A DNA stretch of 63,822 nt, the filler included, from Welwitschia mirabilis (lineage: Eukaryota): the NCBI GenBank assembly GCA_051453625.1. It is 4 parts of one record of this genome, joined end to end, with 100 filler letters (N's around TTAATTAATTAA, not from the genome) between each part and the next. Parts side by side here need not be neighbours in the genome. Positions count along the whole stretch, not along the records: positions 1 to 29,774 come from JBOZIK010000001.1; positions 29,875 to 52,086 come from JBOZIK010000001.1; 2 more parts are not named here. One strand, written 5' to 3'. Each line of letters begins with the position of its first letter. Position 1 is the first letter of the stretch. Positions 25,670 through 38,834 of the stretch are shown here, piece after piece. A program made the position numbers and the translations under genes. Under the pieces are notes generated by a model that was not told the origin of the DNA, ran no database searches, and saw nothing but the letters and a program-made list of their open reading frames with translations.

Positions 25670-26020
25670 TAATGGCACTGAAATTTTAGATCCCACAAAT
25701 TTTAGCTTTTGATGGGGTAAAGATATGATACCCTCATGTCCATTATCCAAGAACATCCCAATAACAAATTAATCTTTTGAGCCACTTCGACAGGTAAATT
25801 AACTATCCCTTTTGATTTGTCCGCATAGTCATTCAACCCTTTGATTGACAGTTTTTCTTTGCATTTAAAAGATGAACCATTTTAAGCTTCTTAAGGCATG
25901 ATGAACCTATCACATTTAATTTGGCTCCATAATTGATAAAAGCTCTACTTACTTTAGTAGGCTCGATGTTTACAGATATGTAAGGTGGTTTAGTAATGAT
26001 CATCTTCTTAGGGGTCATAG
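25670..26020 (-). pseudogene. Aspartic protease of Tat element
   Basis: PPYISVNIEPTKVSRAFINYGAKLNVI (cf. V.RILIDGGSxLNI), followed by LLG.SW and ..HQKLKF-like remnants. Confidence 0.7.
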
Positions 26021-27199
26021 AAATCTTGTGATGTGAGAACTGGATTATCTCTCCATTTTTGTCACTCTTTTGGGTGTGTACCTACTTTGATGTAGATCTT
26101 TTCTTTTGTGGTTGATTTTAATCATGAGATGTTTTCAAGTTTAAAAGTTCTTGGTATATCCTTTCAAATGTGAGTCTATGGGCTCAAGCCTCTCAATTAG
26201 TGAGGTCAAATAATGATACGCCTCCTCTACTTTAGAGGGAAGTGACTGCGTTGGTGTACGTGATTGAGGGATAGGATGAGTTCGATAATATTTTTCTTGA
26301 ACCATTGCTTTTAATTTTTCCTTTTTTTCCTGAATGACTTATTCTAACAGTTTTTTAGGTTGATCTTGGATTACTAGAATTGCATAGGAACTATCATCAT
26401 TTTGAAATGCTGCATTCTGTGGTGGTTATGATGTANNNNNNNNNNNNNNNNNNNNNNNNNNNNNNNNNNNNNNNNNNNNNNNNNNNNNNNNNNNNNNNNN
26501 NNNNNNNNNNNNNNNNNNNNNNNNNNNNNNNNNNNGCTTTTAATTTTTCCTTTTTTTCCTGAATGACTTATTCTAGCAGTTTCTGAGGTTGATCTTGGAT
26601 TACTAGAATTGCATAGGAACTATCATCATTTTGAAATGCTGCATTCTATGGTGATTATGATGTAGGAGGTTGATTAGGAAAGGGGTTCTTATAAATCTCA
26701 AGATCTTCATTTGTAGCTGCTAATATAGTGTCAAATTTTATATCCTTCTTGTTTTCAGTGATGTCTTAACTAATGTGTTTTATATTAAAGTAATTATCAG
26801 TATGATGTCCTCGGATTCGATGGTACTCCTAATATTTTAACTCATTATACCCTTTTGGTTTAGGTGCATTTGGATTCTGTTGTCCAATTGGAAACAATTG
26901 GATTGCTCCCTTTTTTAATGGAGTTGAGAGGATTTGTCACATTAGGATCCTTAATTTTATGAAACTTCTTTTGGGTTAAGAAATTACGGTTTGATTTTGA
27001 GGCCTATTTTGGCCTTTATATTAAGGCATGTATGTCCATTATTAAGGTTGTTGTGACATATATTGAGGTTGTGGTGATAGTGGAAGTTGCACTTATCATG
27101 ATGGAGGATAAAATAGTTGATAAAAGGTTGGCTAAGGAGTAAAATCCTATGGAGAAAAAGGAGCTTGAGATGCCATTGGTATGATCATTAGGTTGCCCA

Positions 27200-27850
27200 T
27201 CAGTTGGGGCAGTAAACTGGTCAAATTAGTTGATTAATAATAGAAACGTTCTTTAGATTACTACCTCTAGTATTATCATTGTCCCTTTTGGATGATTTCC
27301 TTTGGGATGTATTACCATATTTTATGACTCCTTTTTCTTCTTTTACAACTTCGATCCCTTTCACTAGGGTGACAACGTATTTAAAGGTTTTAAATGATTG
27401 TATTTTGAGATTTTCTAAAACATATGGAATGCAAGACTTGGCAAAGAAATATGCCATATCAGAATTTGCAATGAAGCTTTCCAGTTATAGGGAAATAACC
27501 CTCCATTATCATGCATACGCTTGTACTATTTTATTAAATTGTTGTTTCATCATAGTAAAGGTGTCTAATATTAGTTGTTTTGTGATATTAATGAAGTAAT
27601 ATTGAATAAATATTTTTAGTAATTATTTTAGACTTTTAATCAAATGAGTTGGTATTCGATGATACCATTCAAGGGCTTATTATTTCAAAGATTGGTAAAA
27701 TAGATGACAAGCTATGTTTCGTTCGATGTTGTACATATGACATGAGTTTTTATAGTTTTTTACATGCATGATAGAGTCCTCTACAATTGTGAATTTCTCA
27801 AAGTTACCCATTTCACTAGCTGATATGATTTTTCAAGGAACATAGGGGTG
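27200..27850 (-). pseudogene. gag remnant of Tat element
   Basis: FEKFTIVEDSIMHVKNYK (cf. FEKYDG..DP..HL..F), ALEWY, and ORF 27221-27457. Confidence 0.65.
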
Positions 27851-28439
27851 AATCAAATGTCATCAAAGTTAGAATCTAAATACCTTTTCTTATTTCAGAG
27901 ACCTCATTTTAGATTATTAATGGATTCCAAAATGGTTGTCAAATTAGGTTGATCAGGAGTCTTATTTTTAGCTTACCTATTTCTAGGTGATTCTTCTCCA
28001 TGTATGGAGTACTTGAATAAGCTATTCTCATTGTTAGCCTATTTCTTTAGGCCTTGTAGTTGTTGTTGGATTTTTGGGTTTTTTTATGATCCCATTTGTT
28101 GTTGAACTCTTTAATGTTACTTTTTTCATGAAGGAGTTCTTCTAACGAGATTAACTCCTTTCTTGAATGGTTAATCCTAAACTTTTAGATGCCATGACAT
28201 GAATTCGTTCACTAGGATGGATAAGGTATGGGTCCTAATAAGCTCTGTAGTTCATGACAGCATGAAGCTCATCCATGGTGAGTGTAGAGGGGTCTTGTTA
28301 AATGAGGAGTTTGTATATCTCCTCAGAAATGTAGGCCTTTTTTCCTCTCATTGATACTGGCATTTTGGCTATTCTACGTTAAGATAAGCCATTACGAAAT
28401 GTCCAATGAGTAATATAAAAAAAAAACCCATTAGAGGGG

Positions 28440-28456
28440 CCCTCCTTCTAGTGCCA
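28440..28456 (-). other. Primer-binding site of Tat element
   Basis: Minus strand TGGCACTAGAAGGAGGG, 3 nt from the LTR end. Starts with the TGG complementary to tRNA CCA; cognate tRNA not determined. Confidence 0.7.
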
Positions 28457-28459
28457 AAC

Positions 28460-29774
28460 TATTCAAGAGATTTTTTCTCTCTCATAAATAAGGGATTAGT
28501 TCTAATGTTACACTGTGAGAGATGACTTTGGTGGTTTAACAATAATTTAAACAAGTTTAAGCTAAACTTAATGACTTGACTTTGTTTGACTGAAGTTCAC
28601 CAACTTTGACTATGTTTGAATCTAGTTGATTAACTGGGACTTACCTTGACTGACTGTGTTTGACTTCTTTTGACTGATTTTGATTAACTTTGACTATTTG
28701 ACTAGGTTAACTAAATTTGATTAGCTTTGACTAACTTTGAGTAGGTTAACTATGATTGATCGATTTTGCTTTGACAGAGTTTGGAAACTTAGCACTGATG
28801 TTGTGACATTTTCTTTCAATTTATTTTAGGCCTAAAATTTTTACCTATAGGGAAAATTTAGATGCATATAATTGAGTCTTAATATAAAAATTTAAGACTT
28901 CATAATGGTAAAAATCTAATAAAATAATTTTTTTCTTTTTAGAGTATAGAAAATTTTATGATTTTTTCTGTGATTTTAAGAGAACAAAAATAACCAAAGT
29001 GGGGTGCTAATAATAATGCAAGTTTAATGAATAAACCTTGATTTAAACATAATTTTAATTTTCTTAAAAATAAAAAATTTATTTTATGTAAACATAAGAT
29101 AATGATCTAATCCTAATTAATACTTTTAAAGGAAAAGTCCTATCTAACAAAAATATTTTCCTAAGTTTCTTTTTTTATTAAAAATTTTTTAAATGTATAA
29201 CTTTTTTTCTTTTAAAAAATAAACTATTTAAATGATCCCTTCCTTTTTAAAAAAACAAAGTGCCTTTCAAAAGAAACCTAGATTTTTTTTTTTCTTTCTA
29301 CCTTACTCGTCCTCTCCTTCCTATGTTTTTGTTATGGCATTTTCGTACCTTTGCTAAGAGTTACTACTTGTCTGTAGTTTTTTAGATCTCCTCTATCACA
29401 TCTTCTTCTATCAGCGCTCTCAGGCTCATTCTATTCCATAATGGAGTACATGATTTTTACATTGTCCCTCATTCCGGTGGGTATCTCCCAACTCATCCTT
29501 CCTTGGCTGGTCCCTTTCTGTTACCACTCGTTTTTGCCTGCTCTGATCCTTTCATTGCATTCCCACTATTTCTTGCCTATACTTTTTTTTTTTTGATGCC
29601 CTCGCATTCTCTTGTTGATGTGCTTTATTTTTTTTTTCAATTTTTTCATTGCATTGGATGATTCCTTGCCTTCTGTGTGCCTCGGTTTTAAGTGCTATAC
29701 TTCACTGATAGCCGTTCTCCATCGCTACGACGCTTCCCTCTACTGTAGTGTTTAAGGGTGTGTATCACATGATA
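28460..29774 (-). repeat. 5' LTR of Tat-group element
   Basis: Direct repeat of 16133-17888; ends ..TGATA at the spacer. Confidence 0.85.
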
Positions 29775-29874
29775 NNNNNNNNNNNNNNNNNNNNNNNNNN
29801 NNNNNNNNNNNNNNNNNNTTAATTAATTAANNNNNNNNNNNNNNNNNNNNNNNNNNNNNNNNNNNNNNNNNNNN
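29775..29874. other. Artificial contig-joining spacer (N44-TTAATTAATTAA-N44)
   Basis: 12-mer with stop codons in all six frames centred in an exactly 100-nt gap. Confidence 0.95.
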
Positions 29875-30559
29875 ATGTTTAATCTTATTTGAAGGTTTTA
29901 TAAGGTTCTTTTCAAAAAATGAATTAAAGATGTACTATTTCCTATAAATCTTGAGTACATAAAAGTCCTAGATTAAGAATGAAATTCCTTCAATATTTAG
30001 CTTGAAAGAATAATGCATATTCTTGTTTAGAATGTGTTTTTACATTTGTCTAGGTGTATAACTTAATTGATAGACATTTGGATTAGAAAATTTAATAAGA
30101 GAACACTAGTTTTACTAATTTAAAAATAATTTTTTGGGTAGTTTTAAGAAATATGTCTTCAAAACATCATATATAGCTTTAATCTTCAAAAAAGAAGTAT
30201 TCCAAACTCAAGATCCATTTAGTAAGTTGTAAAAACCCAAAGACATCTATGCTCAAATAACTTAATTTTTACCAGAAATATCTTTATAAGAAGAGACATC
30301 TACAAATCTAAAACATCTTCAAAACTTCAAAGTCATATTTTCTCAATAGGTTGCATTTTATAAAGACATCTTTAATAATAGAAATATTTATGCATGGTAT
30401 AGAGATCTTTAAAGCTAGAGACATCTCTAGTTTCTCCACCAAGATTCTGCTAACAAGAATTTTATTTTATCATTATTGATAAGCTAAGAAAAGATAACAA
30501 TTTTGTAGGCCACTTTTTATGTTACCTATGATAAACAACCTAGTTCTCAAGTAAGATAA

Positions 30560-31815
30560 GAATTTTTAGATGAAAAAATGTTTGTAATCGATTTGTAATC
30601 GATATCATAAAAAATTATTATAAGGATCATCCTACTCCATGATATGACAATATTATAAATTATTTAGTTATTAATAAGATTTGTATAGAATGAATACCCA
30701 ATTATAATAAGTCTTTTTTCCCTAAATAGAAATCTATGTTTGAAAAGAATCTTTCTTTTATTGATAATCCCTAAATTAAATCTAGAGACATGTACCAAAA
30801 TGAAAACAACCTAGTATGACATGAGGGAGTTTGTCTTGAAATTTTAGTATGAGGAAGATGATAATGAAGATTTTACATAATGGATTTTATTAGCATACTT
30901 TTCTTAAGGATGCTTCTATCTACATTCAAGTTTGTGATGCATGTTAATGATATGGATCTATCAACAAAGTACATGAGATGTTATTACAATCTATAATAGC
31001 ATATAACCCATTCAATTCTTGAGGTATAGATTTTATAATACCTATTTATTCATTATCTTATCATAAGAATTATATTCTCATGAAATTGATTATAATTTAT
31101 TGGTTTTTTAAATCACATATCTTCCATTAGTTTAGTTTTCCTTGAGTTTTAATTTTAGATTAAGGCATTAATTTCTTAAGTTATTTATTATAATTATTAT
31201 TACTACAAGTATAAATTAGGCATGTAATGTATTCTTGCTACCATCCACAATCTGAGAGTCTTATAGAAAATGCAAATAGAGAAAAAATAAATTAAAACAA
31301 GCTATAAAAACTTCTAAAATATTAAAAGAGAACATGAAATACTAGGTTGACTAATGTATTATGAGCATAACATGTCACATAAAAAAACACACTAGGATTT
31401 AATTCTTATGATCTTGTTTATGGTAACATATGTGTTCTTCCTATTGATCTTGCACATTGTTCTTATAGAATTTCTCATTATTTGAATTTAAAGTTTAATC
31501 AAGATAACTTAGATAATAGTATTATGTGACTACATTAGTTGGATGAAATGCATCAAAATGGTCTTCATAAGCAAGTTATTCTAAAGGCCCAAATGAAATA
31601 TTATCATGATAATAAGCTGAATACTCAATCTTTTGAGCCTAATTAGCTAGTAATTCTTTACAATTATTACATTTTTTTAATGCATATTAGTCTTATAGTG
31701 GCTTGGTTCTTACACTATCAACACTTCTTATCCTAATGAATATATTCTTATTAAAAATTTAAATAGGTTTAAATGATTCAAATTTAATGATCAATGTCTT
31801 AAAACTTATATTTAT
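30560..31815 (+). pseudogene. Highly decayed Athila-like integrase
   Basis: P*YDNIINYLV (~30637), GFY*..KDA..YIQVCDAC, PFNS*GIDF (~31010), YHPQSESLIENANRE (~31240), YDLVYGNICVLPIDLAH (~31410), *WLGSY, FNDQCLKTY. Confidence 0.8.
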
Positions 31816-33667
31816 TCATTGTTTTCCTACTACCACTAACATTGTGGTAAAAATTATTCTTTTGGATTTCCTTTAAGTAAAAAAGAATTCCAAACCTTAT
31901 GTCTTACTTTAATTATTTGCTACTTATGTTGAGAGTTTAGTTTATTTTGATTATTAATACATTTTAGAATTCCTTATGTCTTTTCTTTTTTCTTGACTTC
32001 TACCTTTCTCCATTGCTCTCTCACTTTTCTTTCTTTTGATTTTCTTATTTTCTCTTTTTTTTCTTTTTATTCTACCTTTTCTTATTGTATCATTATCTTT
32101 GATGATGGTATATAAAAAATGGTTTATTATTGGTTAATTATTTTAATAACTACTAAATAATGATAATAAAATGTATGTTGCTGGTCAATCAATGAAATAA
32201 TAGATTAATAAAAACTCTAGTTATTTTAAATAACTAAATTTTCCTTCATCATCAAGTAGTTTTTTTTAATGATAGACTGATGATGGCTTATCAAAAAAGT
32301 TTTTAAAAATCATACACTGTGCTTATTTCTTATGTCATTTTCTTTTATTTTTACTTGTTGTTTGTGTTCACTAGTGCAACCATGTGCTGCTACTGCCTGC
32401 TAGTAGAATTACATAATATTGTTTACTATTAGCAATCTTCTATTCATAAAATCCTTGAAAATGAGGTATTACAATTTATTATTTTGCTTTATTTTTATTT
32501 AAAAACTATCATCTTATTTGTTTACTTCTAGTGAAACATACATTTCATTCATTTTCATTTTTATATAGCTTTTTTTTACATGCATAAATTTATTAGCAAA
32601 ATTATTTTGAATAAGCTTTTGATATATCATAAGGTTTTTTGTAGTTCATTTTGTTTAATTTTTATAGAAAACTTCCTCCTTCCCAAACCCCCTTCCCCCT
32701 CCCCCCTCCTCTCCTCTTCCTTCCCACCCTTCTGCACCCACACAACCCCCCAGGGTTCTGAATCATATCAAGTAAAGTTAGGTTTATTTTCTATCATATG
32801 CCTTAAACATCCACTATCAAATATACCAGATATGCTTCTTTACAGATCTAATTCTAATTTGTGATAGAAATGCTAGTTTTGCCTTTGGTACTCATACTTT
32901 TCTTGGTTTATCCTATACAAAATGATGTACCATTCTACCATGCCTTTTGGCATTGTTAGTATAATATCTGTTTTTAAATTTCATTAGAAATTTATACTGA
33001 TAATGGCCTCTATTATGACAATAATAGCAAATGATATTACTTGTAAATGCTAGATGTTCATACCTTGACTTATAGTTTCATTTATCAATTAAAGAAGTTG
33101 AAGTGCTAATTGAGGCTTCATTGTATTTCAAACCACTCTTGTCATTTGAACTTCTACATAAGCAGTATATTCAATGTCTCCTTTTCTTAGCTAAATTTTT
33201 ATTGTTTTTTTTTTAAAATTTAATAGTTTTTATCTTATATGTTCCAAATCACATGTTAGTCTACTAACCCTAGCTTTAAGAGCTAAGTTTTTAAAAGATA
33301 ATTTATTATAAACATTTTTATATTATTCATAGGCTTCTTCATGAGTATGAAGTAACTTTTTGGTCTTAGTAAATAGTTTTTGTAGTTTAAAAAATTATTT
33401 GGAAATTAAGTTGTTCTTTTCTTAAAGACCCATACCTATTTCATCTTCACTTTTTGAATTGTACTCTTCTTCTATCTCATCACTGTATTCTTAAAAGTGT
33501 ATAGTAGCCATGAAGGAAGAATGAAATTTCTCATCATTAAATGTTTCTACTTTTATTTCTTTTTCATCTTCATCCTATCTTGTCAAGAAGGATTTCTTCT
33601 TCTTTGGCTTTTTCTTTTTTTCATTATCCCGCATTCTATTAGTACTAGGACATTCTGAGGCTAAATG

Positions 33668-36600
33668 TGTAACACTATCTCTTTTTCAACCCTAATTAAG
33701 AACCTTTTTTTGCCTCTCTCTTCCTTTCTTCTTTAGTATTATTACCTAATAGACATAGTGGAAACTCGAATCAGATTCTACTTATTCTTTTATTATAATT
33801 TCTATATTCTAAGAAAGACAAATCATATTAATATTAGATACTCACCTGTAATTAATTTTTAAGTTATTCTGATTTACAAACAATAGCAAAGTCATAGGTT
33901 TTGGTCCTTCATTTCTTCTAAGTTTTTCATCACATAGAAGATATCTTATGAATAGTTGAAGAAATGTAAACTTATTGTCAGCATACTTGGATAAGGTTTA
34001 AGAATAATACCTAATTAATATAATAGAAGGTTGTAACTTTAATTAATGAAATTTCAACTTGATATTCGGCCATCCTCTAGATGTGAGTTAATTCTACTTC
34101 AGATTCTAAACTATACAAACATGGCTTGACTTAACTCCATAAGCTTTTACTTCACTCCATTATGCCCCCAATACAAGTAATAGATGATATGTGAGATGGA
34201 CGCATGCTTACAAATAGCCCTTCCTTCCTTGAAGCATCTTTGGGTGGTGTAACATTATTAATCGATGCCAAGGGTTTAAGATATTAAGATGAATTAAGTT
34301 CATAAATGGGTAAGATAGGAGAGTGATGATTAAATCTATGTTTAAAAGGGTATTATAAAAAAATTCAATGCAATCCACCTTGATGATGAAATCGAGATGT
34401 GGGAATGAACATTATTAGAATTATCTTGATTTAGCCCTATTTCATGAACACAAGGCGCAAATGGATGTAGATAATTCTTACTAATGTGGATATTGAATGG
34501 ATTATTTACCTAGTTATAATAATTTTAATCATCATTGGTTTATTTTATAGAAATAGCTATAAAAAAAAGGCAAGCATACCAGAACATTTATATATCCAAG
34601 ATTATAATAATAATCAAAATTTAGATAAAGAAAATATACTTTTCTTTTATATATAAGTAAAGGAAATAGTTTTTAATGATAATAAAAATATTTAAAATGT
34701 ATTAAAAACATCTTAATAATATACTTATAAATACTAAAACATACCTAAATCTATCCCAATCCTAGAAACATTCTTTTATGCTTATATGATAATCTTTATG
34801 AATTGGTGCAAATAATGTAAACAAAAGAAGGTATGGCTCAAACATAATTGTTAATATATAAATATTTATCCAATGTTTATATGATTATACTATAAGTCAA
34901 ATAAAAAAATGATAATCTAGAGACTACTTATGTTACTTAAACTATTAAGGTAAAAACTCTTACAAGCATGCACATTCAAAGTATGATAAAGAAAAAGGGG
35001 TAAAAGAGGTATTTCTATAAATAAATATTATTTATGCCTAATTTAACTTAAATTTCAAATAGAAACATATTTTATACACTCAATTTCCCTATAAAATTTT
35101 GTGTAATAATTTTTCTATAATTTTAAACATTGATTGTAACATTTTTTAGCTCTAAAGAGACATCATAAATAAAATTGATAATTAATTAATTAAGAAGCAA
35201 AAAAATAAATTATAATAGTTTTCCAAAAACTAGATACATAATCAAATTCTTAGAATCTAACTTAAACTATCTTGGAATTTATTATTTCTAAGATTATCAT
35301 TTAAGCTTAAAAAGTATTAAATTTTCTAAAATTACAGTAGTATTGCACTACATGAAAATGACCATAACTTTTAAAATAATTTGAGTTATGAAATGGTTCA
35401 ACATGTTATTAAAATATTATTTAATTTTCTACAACTTAAAATGCTCAAGTTTGTAGATACATTAACAAATAGTTACAAAAATATAAATTACTTGCTCACT
35501 ATCTTTTGCATTTATTTTCTAATGTATTTTAATAAATAATTTTTAAAAAATAATTACCATTAAAAAATTAATATTTTTACATTTGCACTTTTATAACACA
35601 ATCCTAAATTTATAGAAAAAAATTCACTAATTTATACCTACTAATTATTAAGATATGTTATTTTTATCCTATGCCTCTATCACTAAGCACCAAGCACCCC
35701 TCTCATAATTATCCATCAATAATCCTCCATCACCAAGAACCCCTCTCATATCTCACTATAATGTCTTAGTAAGAACCAATAGAAGGGAATAATATTTTAT
35801 AATAAATTACAAAAAATCCATAAATAATTTTCTAATGCAATATCACATCACTCTAATTAAAAAAAGAGATCATATGGATAATAAGAGTAAAGAGCTTACC
35901 TGGAAAGATTAGTAATACCTTGATAGTTAAAGATTGATAAAGATTCAAGCTCAAGAGTTCCTTAGCTCTAAGCTTCCAAGATCCAAGCTCCATAACAAAG
36001 AGAATGAAAGAAAGAAAGAGGGGAAAGAATAAAGAAGAAATGCACTTATATAAAACAAAAGAAAAGTATCTCTTTTTAAAAGATAGAAAAGGATATCTAT
36101 ATATAGATAAACAAAGGCACATAGCACTAGATCACAAGATCATATGACTTAGCATTGATAAGTGGGATGAGTAATAAGTGACATTTAAAGTATGAAAATA
36201 GATCATATTTATGACTCATGCACCTAAATGGGATGAGTAATCTTCTTACTTTAATTAGCAATGTTAATTTCATGCATCATTTTCTCAAGCTGGATCCTTT
36301 TTAATTCTTCATAGTCTAGTAAGTAAGTTTAATTCATCTAAGACATGCATAAAAAAAATAAATGCACAAATATTAAGATTGTCATGTGGCATAATGAAAT
36401 AAATGTTTTAATTCTAATGAATAAATTAATGAGCATACTATAAACCAAAGTGCCTTCACACATCTCAAAAACATAAAAGTTATGGTAGAGTAAATTTACT
36501 TATTTATCATGCTTGGTTCTAGTTAAGAGTACATGTAATTATTCAAATGCTCATTTATTTCAAAATGCATAAAATTTATCAATTACATAACACAAGGAAG

Positions 36601-36962
36601 AAAATACTTATTCATAATGTAGTACACCTATCATATTTACCAAGAATCTAAATGAGTAAATAGGATGTGAAATATATTATTATGTCTTGTTGAAAATTTT
36701 AATTTATTAGTCTTATTATATGATTTTAATTCCTTACATAATGGGATTATCTAATTTTAAATGTTTGGATATATTTTTTATTAAAAACATTATAACATAA
36801 TTTTTCTTTTTCATGGTAAATATGAAAGTTACAACTAAGTTTAATTTAAAATGATGTCTTATTTTGGTAAGGAATTTAGATAAGGATAATTAATTATTTA
36901 ATTGAAAGCTTAATATACTTAATATTCAAGTAAATAAGGTTTATAAAATATGGGATATGACA
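33668..36962 (-). repeat. 3' LTR (~3.3 kb)
   Basis: TG...CA termini (TGTAAC / ATGACA); collinear similarity with 38835-41819 and 41920-43024. Confidence 0.85.
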
Positions 36963-37249
36963 TTCTTTCTTGCTTAAACTAATTCACTTTTGGGAATCAA
37001 GATACATAAAAAGCTTGAAAACATCTAAATACATTTTATGAGATTCGAAAATATGTAGATATTAACTTTTCACAATTTATTACTACTCTATTTGCATTAA
37101 CTAATTCATATCCAAAATAATGTCGTATTTTTATAAGTTAATAACAATTGTTTTCTCTCACATATATGGGTAAAGTATAGTGTTGTAATACTATCCTTGT
37201 CTTTTCTACAACCTCTGCTAGATTCTTAGATTAAAACATGGATACTTTG

Positions 37250-37690
37250 GTAGAAATAGAAGGAAGAAGACTATCAATAAAGAGATTTGCTTTAGCTTCT
37301 TCATCTAGATGCATATGTAACACATATCTTAATAATTCTACAAATTTACATTCATGAGATGCTATAGTTATATTATGGGGCTTGTCTTAGATTATAGAAT
37401 TCTATAACCTTCTAGTAAATATAGAACTTAGTGATGCAAGTCTCCTTACAGATGTGCTCAAATTTCCTTTATGAAAGTTATAGATCTTCTAACTTGATTA
37501 TTTATGTTTTTACCATAGATAATCTTCTTCTTGTAATATATAAATAGCTAAGAATACCACTTTATATTCATTACATCTTAAGATACCTATAACGTTTTCA
37601 ACATCACTCAACCATGCTTCTTTTTTGGAAGTATCTGAACCTTGTACAAACTTTGGTGGATTTAGCTGAATAAACATTTGGATTAATTTT
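37250..37690 (-). pseudogene. Tekay-like gag remnant
   Basis: FIQLNPPKFVQGSD..EAWLSDVENVI and LAIYILQEE..LW resemble chromovirus gag F.KLNPP.F.G..DP..AE.WL and A.YQL....WW. Confidence 0.65.
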
Positions 37691-38834
37691 CCTCATATCC
37701 ACTTTCTTAGGTTGATTGATACCATTGTTTACTTATGGGTTTTAACCTTGATTTACCATTTGTGATAGAAATTACATGAAGATATTCATCACTGCTTTTG
37801 GATTACAATTGGAAGAGGATTGATTTCCATCATTAGGTTGCTGATTCTTTTGTGAATTCTCTTTATTTTAATTACTTAGTGTAGTTGACTTGGTTTAACT
37901 AATGATGACGAGACATTTAAAAGAAAGGAAAATTTTCATGAAGTTATATTTGAAAATAGGATAAAAATTATTAAAGAACAAACTCAAAAATATTTTTATA
38001 ATCTTAGGAAGGACATGGTTATCATTATGATATGATAAGTTTTTATTTATATCTTAAAGTACATAATTAAGTTTATCCCCTTTCTTCATTTTCAGTAGAT
38101 AAAGTTTATAAGTTGTTAATATGGATTTTTACTTTAAAGTTATGTGATCATATAATTTAGGACAAATAACCTAGTTAAAGATTTGATTATTTCCAAATGT
38201 ACCTATTTATAAGGTATTATTTGATAAATTCTTAAGATAATTAGAATTATTCTAAGTGTTTATCATTTATAAGGTAATAGAGGATTTAATGATTTAAATT
38301 CATCATTCTTTTAGTTTGTTTAGGGATTTAGAATTATCATAAATATGCTTAGCATAATGATAATTTAGGGGTTGGGATTATAGTTAATGTTATGAATACT
38401 TTAAAACTATCAAAAATATAATAAACTTCTAGGATTACTAATGTGATAAGATTATGACTAGTGTAATTTTTATAATTATTAGAATTAATACAAATATAAT
38501 TTCATATATATTTATAGAGTAGGAAAATTATAGGTATAATGGGATTTATAACTGTTAGAAGATATGATTAAATTCATGCTTATCTAAGAGTTAAAAAAAC
38601 TATCTTGAAATCTAGTATTATTAAGGATATAATTAATTTTACTCATGGTTTAAGATTATTAGAGATATAACAAACTTTATAGCTATTAGTAATTAAGGTT
38701 GTTATGATTACCACTAACTTTATGATTATTAAGAAGAAGGTTTGTCGAAAATGTAATTGGATTTATATTATTATAAATTTATAAGCTCTTAACATAAGTA
38801 TTATTTAAGTTAACCTAGAGCTCTAATACCAATT

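Larger units (their letters stand above)
16133..29774 (-). mobile_element. Ty3/gypsy Tat-group retrotransposon (LTR-PBS-gag-PROT-RT-RH-aRH-INT-long 3'UTR-PPT-LTR), degenerate, possibly a composite of two copies
   Basis: Direct repeats 16133-17888 and 28460-29774, PBS at 28440-28456, PPT at 17889-17901, and all pol domains in gypsy order on the minus strand. The integrase is duplicated across the gap at 21192-21291. Confidence 0.88.
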
